From Bacteroidales bacterium (GTDB lineage Bacteria > Bacteroidota > Bacteroidia > Bacteroidales > WCHB1-69): a stretch of 64,000 nucleotides of DNA. Under the pieces are notes generated by a model. That model worked only from the letters and a program-made list of their open reading frames with translations, was not told the DNA's origin and made no database searches. Below are positions 17,200-25,310 of the stretch, in pieces (the first letter of the stretch is position 1; every line of letters starts with the position of its first letter). The position numbers and the translations under genes were made by a program. The stretch spans positions 18,503-82,502 of the forward strand of contig JAEETJ010000001.1 in assembly GCA_016290295.1 (NCBI GenBank), written 5' to 3'.

Positions 17200-18003
17200 T
17201 TACATCGATTTAATGCTCCTCGCAATCCTCGCTGCCAGTCCCGGGAAGAAGCGCTTGATGTACGCCATCAGCAACTCCTTGCGGCCCACCAATATCTCGC
17301 GTTTCTTACGGTACACAGCCTTGACAATCTTGTTGGCAGCTTGCTCAGGAGTAACCCCGCCAGCCTGACCAGCATCTAATTTGCCATGACGGGAACCGTC
17401 TTTCTCCAAAGCATAGAAGGAAATGTTGGTTCTCACCCTGCCTGGGCAAACGATGGTAACACGAATGTTTTGGTTATAATACTCCGCCTGCACAGTCTCG
17501 AAAAAGCCGTACAAAGCATGCTTGGCCGACGAATAGGCGCAACGCAACGGAAAGCCGAACAAGCCAGCAATGCTGGTGGTTACCACTAACTGTCCCCCAC
17601 CCTGCGCAATCATCTTCGGCAGTACCACCTTGGTCAGAATTACTGGCGCATAATAGTCAATATCCATTACCTTGCGGATAACACTCATCTGCGTCTCAAT
17701 AGTAGTGGCACGCTGACTGATGCCCGCATTGTTATAGAACACGTCAATCCTGCCGAAGCTGTCCCAAGCTCTGGAGGCCAAGTCCTCCAACTGTTCAGTC
17801 TGCGACAAGTCAAAAGGCAGAATTTCCACCGCAGGAGCACCCAATGACAAGCATTTCTCCTTCACTTTCAAGAGGATATCCTCTTCTAAGGCGGTCAGAA
17901 TCAGCTTGGCAGATTCCTGTGCAAAACGATAGGCTGTCGCCTCACCGATACCCGATGAGGAACCAGTGATCCAGACCACCTTATCCTGAAACCAATTAGT
18001 CAT
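17200..18003 (-). CDS. Short-chain dehydrogenase/reductase, putative dehydrocapnine (3-ketocapnine) reductase (CapC-like)
   Basis: ITGSSSGIG, NNAGISQR, catalytic YSSAK. The specific function is inferred from adjacency to the cysteate acyltransferase. Confidence 0.75.
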   Translation of the reverse strand: MTNWFQDKVVWITGSSSGIGEATAYRFAQESAKLILTALEEDILLKVKEKCLSLGAPAVEILPFDLSQTEQLEDLASRAWDSFGRIDVFYNNAGISQRATTIETQMSVIRKVMDIDYYAPVILTKVVLPKMIAQGGGQLVVTTSIAGLFGFPLRCAYSSAKHALYGFFETVQAEYYNQNIRVTIVCPGRVRTNISFYALEKDGSRHGKLDAGQAGGVTPEQAANKIVKAVYRKKREILVGRKELLMAYIKRFFPGLAARIARSIKSM

Positions 18004-18014
18004 AAAAATTTGTT

Positions 18015-19226
18015 TTACAATGAATTGGCAAAATCCTTAGCACGAGCGGCACCTTCACCAGTATTCATCAGCAACATCTCGCCATCGTGAATTTCACCCT
18101 GCTCCAAAGCCTGGTAAAAACCTGCCAGACAGACGATGGAAGCGGGACCCAAAACAACATTGCGTTCTTTCTTCACCAGACGGGCCAAATCCACCAAGTC
18201 GGACTCTTTCACTCTCAAGAATGTACCCCCGCTCTTGCGAACAATAGGTGCCACAATTGGGAACATACCCGGATTGCCTGTGGACAGAATCGACACCTTA
18301 GTCTGCGGATTGTCAATCACCGGATAATTTTTCTCGTAGCCTTCGGGGAAGCCTGCTTTCACGGCATTCTCCCAGCCCTGCACCATAGGATCGCAGGTAT
18401 CCTGCTGCACTAAGAGCATACGCGGCAGCTTTACTTCCGGAAATACCGGTGAGATGTCACGCACACCCTTATCGACAGCGATGGGACCCGTGCCACCAGC
18501 CACAGCCTGCACATACACATCGGGCATACGGCCCAGCTGACGCATGAACTCGAAGACCATGGTTTTCTTGGCCTCTACACGCAGCGGGTCGATATTGCCT
18601 GCGGAAATCAGCACATGGTTGTCCTTGTGGTATGCAGCGGCCAACTTCTTGGCGTATGCATAGTCGCCATCCGCAATATGGATGTGCTGTCCATGCGATT
18701 TGATTTCTTCTACCGTGTCTTTGCACACACATTCCGGTACAAACACGTTGAAATTCACGCCTGCTTTGGCCAGATATCTGCTGTAAGCGGTAGCCGTGTT
18801 GCCCGTTGAGGCCACACAGAACTCCTTCACGCCATTTTCCTTGAAGACTGATGCAGCTAACGATGCGGCCACATCTTTGAAGGTATTCGTACCGCCATTC
18901 AGGTCGTTACGATAAACCATCACTTTACAGTGAATGCCAAATTTCTCCAAAGCGTATTTCTCCATAAAATCCCATTCCTCAATGGGAATAGCACCTTCGC
19001 CGTAAGAAATGATATTCTCGCGATGTTCCAAAGGCAGATAGTCGAAATACAGCCAGAAGCTGTCGGCAGACTGCTTGTACAGTTCCGGCAATTTGGCATA
19101 ATCAGCGGTATAGCGGACATCAGCGTGGTTACTGCCACATTCCGGACAACACTGGTCCTGTGCCAGCCACTGGGCGAAATTTTCCGTCACATGCCCGCAT
19201 TTTTTACAAACAATAGAGTATTTCAT
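18015..19226 (-). CDS. Threonine-synthase-like PLP enzyme, putative cysteate synthase
   Basis: N-terminal CKKC..CPEC, PLP lysine in TNTFKD, ASTGNTA, RVEAKKT and VAGGTG motifs. Cysteate synthase activity is inferred from context. Confidence 0.72.
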   Translation of the reverse strand: MKYSIVCKKCGHVTENFAQWLAQDQCCPECGSNHADVRYTADYAKLPELYKQSADSFWLYFDYLPLEHRENIISYGEGAIPIEEWDFMEKYALEKFGIHCKVMVYRNDLNGGTNTFKDVAASLAASVFKENGVKEFCVASTGNTATAYSRYLAKAGVNFNVFVPECVCKDTVEEIKSHGQHIHIADGDYAYAKKLAAAYHKDNHVLISAGNIDPLRVEAKKTMVFEFMRQLGRMPDVYVQAVAGGTGPIAVDKGVRDISPVFPEVKLPRMLLVQQDTCDPMVQGWENAVKAGFPEGYEKNYPVIDNPQTKVSILSTGNPGMFPIVAPIVRKSGGTFLRVKESDLVDLARLVKKERNVVLGPASIVCLAGFYQALEQGEIHDGEMLLMNTGEGAARAKDFANSL

Positions 19227-19229
19227 ATT

Positions 19230-19380
19230 CGATTAATAATTGACAATTAATAGGTTTCAGGTTACAGGGGTCAGGGGTCAGTGATTAGGGGTTGGGGGGA
19301 GAATTCAAAATTCAAATCGTCAACTGTCAATTGTCAATTTATTCAATTGGCACATTAGCACATTAACTAATTAGCACATT
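19230..19380. repeat. Heptamer/octamer tandem repeat patchwork
   Basis: TTGACAA, (CAGGTTA/CAGGGGT)n, (AATTCAA)n, (TGTCAAT)n and (TTAGCACA)n blocks fill the gap. Confidence 0.75.
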
Positions 19381-19386
19381 AAAAAA

Positions 19387-19463
19387 CTCCCCTTGAGCAC
19401 GAAGTGCGAAACTCCCCTTATGCGAAGCATAACTCCCTGAGCTCACGCAGTGAGCGTCTCCCC
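19387..19463. repeat. CTCCCC/mini-hairpin array, copy C
   Basis: CTCCCC-TTGAGCAC[GAA]GTGCGAAA-CTCCCC-TTATGC[GAA]GCATAA-CTCCC-TGAGCTCAC[GCA]GTGAGCGT-CTCCCC. Confidence 0.8.
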
Positions 19464-19482
19464 GTCTTCACATACTCACGTA

Positions 19483-20739
19483 TTACTCTCTCACCAAGCT
19501 CATCTGCGGAATCGGCTTGTTGTATTCGCCTGCATCCAGTTTCTTCTTGATTTCTTTGAAGACCTCAATGGTGCGGTTGACATGTTCCATCGTGTGAGCA
19601 GCGGTCGGAATGATACGCAGCATGATCACACCCTTAGGCACAACAGGATAGAGTACCATTGAGCAGAAAATACCATGATTTTCGCGCAGATCGACAATCA
19701 AGTTGGTAGCCTGACCTGGGTCGCCCTTCAAGTAAACCGGAGTTACGGGTGACTGGGTTTTGCCCAAGTCGAAACCTTCGGCTTTCAAGCCGCTCTGCAG
19801 CGCGTTGGCAATAGTCCACAATTTCTCGCGGATTTCAGGACGGGTCTTGATGAGTTCCAGACGTTTCATAGCGCCAATCACCATCGGCATAGGCAGTGAT
19901 TTGGCGAAAATCTGTGAACGCATGTTGAAACGCAGATGATCCACCACATATTTCTCGGAAGCCACGAAAGCACCGATGCCGGCCATACTCTTGGCGAAAG
20001 TGGCGAAATACACATCCAGTTCGTCAATTACACCAAAATGAGCGGCAGTACCGTCACCTTTGGGTCCCATTGTACCGAAACCGTGGGCATCGTCGATGAG
20101 CAGACGGAAGGGGAATTCCTTCTTCAGTGCCACGATACCAGCCAAGTTGCCAAGGTCGCCAGCCATACCGAACACACCTTCAGTAATCACCAATACGCCA
20201 CCACCTTGCTCGTCAGCCAATTTGCAAGCCTGAGCCAACTGTTTGCGCAAGCTTTCCATGTCATTATGCTGATACACATATCTCTTGGCGAAGCTCAGAC
20301 GCAGACCATCCATAATGCAAGCGTGAGATTCAGAGTCATATACAATCACATCACGACGGCTGGTCAGCACATCGATAATGGAAATCATAGCCTGATAACC
20401 GAAATTAACCAGATAGCCATAGGGTTTACCTACAAAATGAGCCAAATCCTGCTCTAATTGCTTATGATATTTGGTATCACCCGACATCATACGGGCTCCC
20501 ATGGGAGCTGCCATACCGAAATCGCGGGCACCCTGGGCGTCTGCCTCACGAACTTCGGGCATATTGGCCAAGCCCAAGTAATTATTCAAACTCCAGTTCA
20601 GCACTTTCTTGCCGTTAAACACCATCTCGGGGCCGATTTCGCCTTCCAAACGGGGAAACATGAAATAACCGTCGGCATTAGCCTGATACTGACCAAGGGG
20701 ACCCGGAGTCTCTTTAATTCTTTCAAAAATGTCTTTCAT
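19483..20739 (-). CDS. Alpha-oxoamine synthase, cysteate-C-fatty acyltransferase type (SulA/CapB; first committed step of sulfonolipid synthesis)
   Basis: GY.MFPRLEGEIGP, WSLNNYLGL, PMGARMMSG, DDAHG and PLP Lys250 (TFAKS). QIFAKSLPM places Lys280 where serine palmitoyltransferases have FSAS. Confidence 0.85.
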   Translation of the reverse strand: MKDIFERIKETPGPLGQYQANADGYFMFPRLEGEIGPEMVFNGKKVLNWSLNNYLGLANMPEVREADAQGARDFGMAAPMGARMMSGDTKYHKQLEQDLAHFVGKPYGYLVNFGYQAMISIIDVLTSRRDVIVYDSESHACIMDGLRLSFAKRYVYQHNDMESLRKQLAQACKLADEQGGGVLVITEGVFGMAGDLGNLAGIVALKKEFPFRLLIDDAHGFGTMGPKGDGTAAHFGVIDELDVYFATFAKSMAGIGAFVASEKYVVDHLRFNMRSQIFAKSLPMPMVIGAMKRLELIKTRPEIREKLWTIANALQSGLKAEGFDLGKTQSPVTPVYLKGDPGQATNLIVDLRENHGIFCSMVLYPVVPKGVIMLRIIPTAAHTMEHVNRTIEVFKEIKKKLDAGEYNKPIPQMSLVRE

Positions 20740-20835
20740 AAGCTTAAAAAGTTAAATATGTTAAAAAAACTTAATTTGTTATATATTTGATTTTCAATTA
20801 ATTATATCAAACATCCATCAATATTTTTGGACATA

Positions 20836-20843
20836 CAAACTTA
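20836..20843 (-). promoter_or_regulatory. Candidate -7 promoter element (TAAGTTTG) for the sulfonolipid-Hdr operon
   Basis: TAnnTTTG match about 100 bp upstream of the start. No such match was seen in the internal gaps of the cluster. Confidence 0.5.
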
Positions 20844-21160
20844 CACATTTTTTTTGAATGAAGAATATTTTTCTTAAAAAATGTTATGATGGAATGAATC
20901 GTGGAAAATACTAATGATAAGTTTCAAGGAAATAACTGGCAATACTAAGAAAAATGAATTATCACTTTGAAACTTTTCGAAAAATTTCTTCCAAAAAAAA
21001 GGGGTCATCCGTGCCATGGAAGATGTTCATAAGTCTAAAAATTGTTGATAACTTTTTTTCAGAATCCCTTATTCTGTAAGCAGTTTCACTTGTTTAAGCC
21101 TTCTTAAACTTTTCTTTATGAAAAAAAATAAAAAACGTGTTTTTATTGAAAAAAATGTAT

Positions 21161-21168
21161 TATCTTTG
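21161..21168 (+). promoter_or_regulatory. -7 promoter element TATCTTTG
   Basis: Consensus match upstream of 21256 in an AT-rich gap. Confidence 0.6.
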
Positions 21169-21255
21169 CGAATTGTGTTACTATAATAATCATATTGTAA
21201 ATAAAAAGCAATTATAGAGAAAATTAAACAAAAATATCAACTAATTTAAACATTT

Positions 21256-24200
21256 ATGAAATCAAAATTCACAAAATTCAAACATTTATCCTTGGCAATG
21301 GCATTTCTGTTCTTTACAGGAATGACCTTTGCACAATCGGGATCAGTGGAAATGACACAGTCATTTACAACTAGCGGTTCATGGAAAGTTCCTGCTGGAG
21401 TAACTGAAATCACCATTGAATGTATTGGTGGTGGTGGTGCCGGCGGCTATGTTCATGGTAAAGGAGTCCTTTTCCAATTGAGCGGTGGCGGTGGCGGTGG
21501 CGCATACGCCAAGAAAGTAGTATCCGTTTCGGGCGGACAAACCGTTAGTGTTGTGGTCGGAGCTGGTGGTCATGCATGGGCAACAGACGGAAACCAAGTA
21601 CATGGTGGCGACTCATACGCAACAGTAGGGGGTTCTATCGTTGTGAGAGCTGCTGGTGGTAAAACAGTAAAAGGAGAAAACACCACAGGTGGTGCCGCAG
21701 GTGGTGCTATCGCCGACTGTATAGGAGATACTAAATATGCCGGCGGAAAGGGTGGAAATGGAGAAGCAGCCGCTTTGTGGTTCCAAGAACCAGGTGGTGG
21801 TGGTGGTGCAGCAGGTTCATCTGGAAATGGTAAAAATGGTGCCACCAACGCTGGTGGTGCGGCAACCTCCAACTATGGCGGTAAAGGCGCAGATCCTAAA
21901 GTAATTATCGGAAAGGGAAATACTGGTGGCAACTACGGTGGTGGTGGATCTGGCGCCGAATGTACTGGTATTGGTGGTGAATACGGTGGTGATGGTGCCA
22001 ATGGATATGTTATTATCACCTATATGACTCCCCCCGAACTGAACGTTAACGACATGACCGCTGAAATTTGCTCTGGTGAAACATTCTCCGTTACTCCAAC
22101 TGGTACAATTCCTACAGGTACAACATATTCTTGGTCTGCTCCTTCAGTGACAGGTATCACAGGTACAGCAGCCGGTAGTGGAGCAACTGAAGTTAGTGGT
22201 ACACTCACAAGTACCAATACCGCCAATACCGATGTGGTTTACAATGTTACCGCCACAGACGGAAGCAATACCGACGACTTCACCGTAACAGTTACTGTAA
22301 AGGGTATTATCACCCCAGGTTCCATTACTGCTGACATTATCTCCTGTAATGCTGGTGATACCTCAAAGATTTTCTCCAGCAATACAGATGCTACTGGCAA
22401 TGGCAAATACTTGTGGATGAAATCTACAGACAACACAACTTGGACCGCAATAGACAACGCAACAAACAATACTTATACTCCTATCTATATGGGCAACACT
22501 GGATTAACCTATTATAAACGCACTTTTTATTCAGATTGCGAAAGTGTGGAATCCAATGTATTGACCTTACAATACCCTGGAACCGTAAATCCTGGTCAGG
22601 TAAAATCCGCAGATCCTAAAAAATATTGCTATGGCAGTGCTGTAACGACAACTTTGGATACAAGTAAAGTTTACATCCAAAGCGGCGCAAGCGTAGAAAT
22701 CCAATGGCAAGAATCAACCGACAATGGCGCAACCTGGACCAACATCAGCGGCGCAACATCACATGAATATGCTGTGAACATCACAAGCCTGACCTCAGAC
22801 ATCAGCTACCGCTATACTATCAGATTGGCTGGTTGCGACTCCATCCCTGCTAACCAATGGGATTTCAGCACCTACGTTCTTCCTGTTATCAACTCCCTTA
22901 CTCCTCACGACACCTGCCCTGGAGTTACAGAGTATTATATTACTGCAGACATCACCATAGGCGATGGAGCTATCACCTCCTATTATTGGCATGGATCTTC
23001 CACAGGATCCCCATACGATACTGACACTATTACCGCTAGTAGCTGTGGAGATATATACAATTACTCATTGATAGTAGAAGATGTGAACGGATGTAAGAGC
23101 GAATCTAAGTCAGGATCCTTCACAAGCCCTGTTGAACCTACTCCCACTTTCATCACTGAAACTATGGGTGATTTCAAATCTTCCACCTGTGAATATACAA
23201 TTCCTGACCTGCAAGACACCCTCGAAAAAGCTTTCAAACACGACTGCAACTTTATCAAATCATATTCGCAGAATCCCACAGCCGGAACTGCAATGGCAAA
23301 CAACGCTACAGTACCTGTAACAGCTACCATTGAAACTTATTGCGGAAATACTTACACCCCTACTGTAAATGTGAAAAGTGATATTCCTGGTATTACTGCA
23401 GCTGATATCGATTTTGACGACAAAAACGATACCATTACCCTGTACTATGGTGTATGCGATACCCTTTATTATGTAAAAACTCCTGATTATGACGTTACAA
23501 GTAGCAGCCCCTACGCTAAAAGCGATTTGACCTTAACCAACGATGCACCTTATGGTGGAACTGTCAATGAAGGTACAATTTTAGGTCGTATCAGCGGTGG
23601 TGAACACACTATCATTTGGAAACTTACAAGTCCTTGTGGAAACTACCTTGAATTCCCCAAGAAATATGTTGTGATGTATCCTCCTTGCGGTGGTGATGTA
23701 AAAGCTACCGATGCTGATGGTATTGAATATGAAAGCGTACGTATTGGCTGCGAATGCTGGACCAAGACCAACCTGAGAACTGTAACCGGTGTAACAGGTA
23801 ACAGCTATGTATATCAAGATGATCCCGCCAATGAAACCAAATTCGGCAGACTCTATACTTGGTATTCTGCAGTAGGTTTGGCAGAAAATGCCACTACCGA
23901 TCCCGCTACTGTCACCGATCCGAAAACCAACAAACCCTACGTTCAAGGTATTTGTCCTACAGGCTGGGCTCTTCCGACCGCAGACGCATACGTTAACATG
24001 GTAACAACTGCTGGTGGCGTGAAAAACATCAAATCAAGCGACGCAAGCACCTGGTTGCCAGACATAGCTGGTACCGACGCTTCTGGCTTCGGCGCTGTGG
24101 GTGCTGGTTACTACACCGACCAAGAATTCTATTATTACAATCTGTTGGGTGAAGCTTATTTCTGGACTTGCGAAGGTGAGCCCATTTATAAGAAAGGAAC

Positions 24201-24297
24201 CTGCTGCTCCATCACACTCACCTGCCCCACTTTGCTCATCAATACAGTAAATGCAGGCCGTGGTTTGAGCGTTAGATGTGTGAAAAGAAATGAATAG
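21256..24297 (+). CDS. Secreted protein: glycine-rich N-domain, PKD/Ig-like repeats, C-terminal FISUMP (Fibrobacter major paralogous) domain
   Basis: Signal peptide; FTTSGSWKVPAGVTEITIECIGGGGAGG; C-terminal IGCECWTKTNLR..FGRLYTW..GICPTGWALP..AYFW..SVRCVK. Confidence 0.85.
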   Translation: MKSKFTKFKHLSLAMAFLFFTGMTFAQSGSVEMTQSFTTSGSWKVPAGVTEITIECIGGGGAGGYVHGKGVLFQLSGGGGGGAYAKKVVSVSGGQTVSVVVGAGGHAWATDGNQVHGGDSYATVGGSIVVRAAGGKTVKGENTTGGAAGGAIADCIGDTKYAGGKGGNGEAAALWFQEPGGGGGAAGSSGNGKNGATNAGGAATSNYGGKGADPKVIIGKGNTGGNYGGGGSGAECTGIGGEYGGDGANGYVIITYMTPPELNVNDMTAEICSGETFSVTPTGTIPTGTTYSWSAPSVTGITGTAAGSGATEVSGTLTSTNTANTDVVYNVTATDGSNTDDFTVTVTVKGIITPGSITADIISCNAGDTSKIFSSNTDATGNGKYLWMKSTDNTTWTAIDNATNNTYTPIYMGNTGLTYYKRTFYSDCESVESNVLTLQYPGTVNPGQVKSADPKKYCYGSAVTTTLDTSKVYIQSGASVEIQWQESTDNGATWTNISGATSHEYAVNITSLTSDISYRYTIRLAGCDSIPANQWDFSTYVLPVINSLTPHDTCPGVTEYYITADITIGDGAITSYYWHGSSTGSPYDTDTITASSCGDIYNYSLIVEDVNGCKSESKSGSFTSPVEPTPTFITETMGDFKSSTCEYTIPDLQDTLEKAFKHDCNFIKSYSQNPTAGTAMANNATVPVTATIETYCGNTYTPTVNVKSDIPGITAADIDFDDKNDTITLYYGVCDTLYYVKTPDYDVTSSSPYAKSDLTLTNDAPYGGTVNEGTILGRISGGEHTIIWKLTSPCGNYLEFPKKYVVMYPPCGGDVKATDADGIEYESVRIGCECWTKTNLRTVTGVTGNSYVYQDDPANETKFGRLYTWYSAVGLAENATTDPATVTDPKTNKPYVQGICPTGWALPTADAYVNMVTTAGGVKNIKSSDASTWLPDIAGTDASGFGAVGAGYYTDQEFYYYNLLGEAYFWTCEGEPIYKKGTCCSITLTCPTLLINTVNAGRGLSVRCVKRNE

Positions 24298-24321
24298 TAA
24301 GGTATCTTAAATATCTTATCA

Positions 24322-24358
24322 CAAAAAAAGGTTGGATTCAAATCCAACCTTTTTTTTA
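24322..24358. terminator. Bidirectional rho-independent terminator
   Basis: AAAAAAAGGTTGGATT-CA-AATCCAACCTTTTTTTT between convergent genes. Confidence 0.85.
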
Positions 24359-24379
24359 TGCTCTCAATAACAACTTCTT

Positions 24380-25039
24380 TTATATTTGCCAGTGCACATA
24401 AGAAATGGTGCTTCCCCCCGCTAACCAATGTTTCTCGTAAAAGGTCTGTATCTCCGTCAAAATAGATTGTACGCCTGTCGCATATACATCCTCCACATCC
24501 TCTATCAATTGCCAGTTCTGCTGGGGAATAATCTCTTTAATATAGTCATATAGCAAACGACTGTCCGTTTTCAAATGCATCGAGGCTCCTGGTTTCAAAA
24601 AACGCTTGTATTTGGCCACAAAATTAGGCGACATAAGGCGTTTACGTTCTTTTGTAGGCTGAGGGTCTGGAAAGGTAATCCAAATCTCGCTGACTTCATT
24701 TTCAGCAAAATAATAAAATATATCATCAATGGCGGTACGCAAAAATGCGACATTGGGGAGTTGCATTTCCAACGCCGTTTTGCAACCACGCCACAGGCGG
24801 GCACCCTTGCGGTCAACCCCAATAAAATTCATCTCGGGATAACGTTGGGCAAGACCAATGGTATATTCTCCCTTGCCACAACCTAACTCCAACACGATGG
24901 GATGGTCATTATGGAAATACTCACTTCCCCATTTGCCTTTCATCGGAAAACCATCCTCACGAATGTTATAGGAAGTATGCTGAAATAAATTGGTGAAAGT
25001 TTCATTCTCGGCGAAACGAGCCAGCTTGTTCTTTGACAT
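24380..25039 (-). CDS. trmB: tRNA (guanine-N7)-methyltransferase
   Basis: VLELGCGKGEY, IWITFPDPQ and HLKTD motifs. Confidence 0.95.
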   Translation of the reverse strand: MSKNKLARFAENETFTNLFQHTSYNIREDGFPMKGKWGSEYFHNDHPIVLELGCGKGEYTIGLAQRYPEMNFIGVDRKGARLWRGCKTALEMQLPNVAFLRTAIDDIFYYFAENEVSEIWITFPDPQPTKERKRLMSPNFVAKYKRFLKPGASMHLKTDSRLLYDYIKEIIPQQNWQLIEDVEDVYATGVQSILTEIQTFYEKHWLAGGSTISYVHWQI

Positions 25040-25040
25040 A

Positions 25041-25310
25041 ACTTAGAGATTAGGGGGTTAGGAATTAAGGATTAGGGGTTAGAGGTTAGGAATTATAAGT
25101 TGACAATTGACAATTGATAATTGATAATTAAGAATTGATAGTTATTGATAATATGGGTGGGAGATTAACAAGAATAACATACTAATTACTAAATACTATT
25201 CATAACTCTATATTCACTCCAAATACTCATTACGACTACTAACTACTAACTACTAACTACTAACTGCTAACTGCTAACTACTAACTGCTAACTATTAATT
25301 ATTGCTGTCA
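25041..25310. repeat. Long heptamer tandem-repeat region filling the gap between the ABC transporter gene and trmB
   Basis: (TTAGGGG-like)7, (TTGACAA/TTGATAA)n, a unique core, then (CTAACTA/CTAACTG)~9 and TGTCAAT. Confidence 0.85.

Noticed and set aside
13112-19463. CTCCCC arrays as CRISPR or mini-CRISPR arrays
   Set aside because: The repeat is only 6-7 nt, the spacers are 15-20-nt self-complementary units reused between loci, and no cas genes are present.
19483-20739. Annotation as serine palmitoyltransferase or BioF
   Set aside because: The PMGARMMSG and FAKSLPM motifs and the neighbouring genes fit the cysteate acyltransferase subgroup better, and no biotin genes are nearby.
25043-25095. 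Telomere-like TTAGGG(G) repeats
   Set aside because: They are degenerate members of the general heptamer family, internal to the chromosome and mirrored at 35884-35900.
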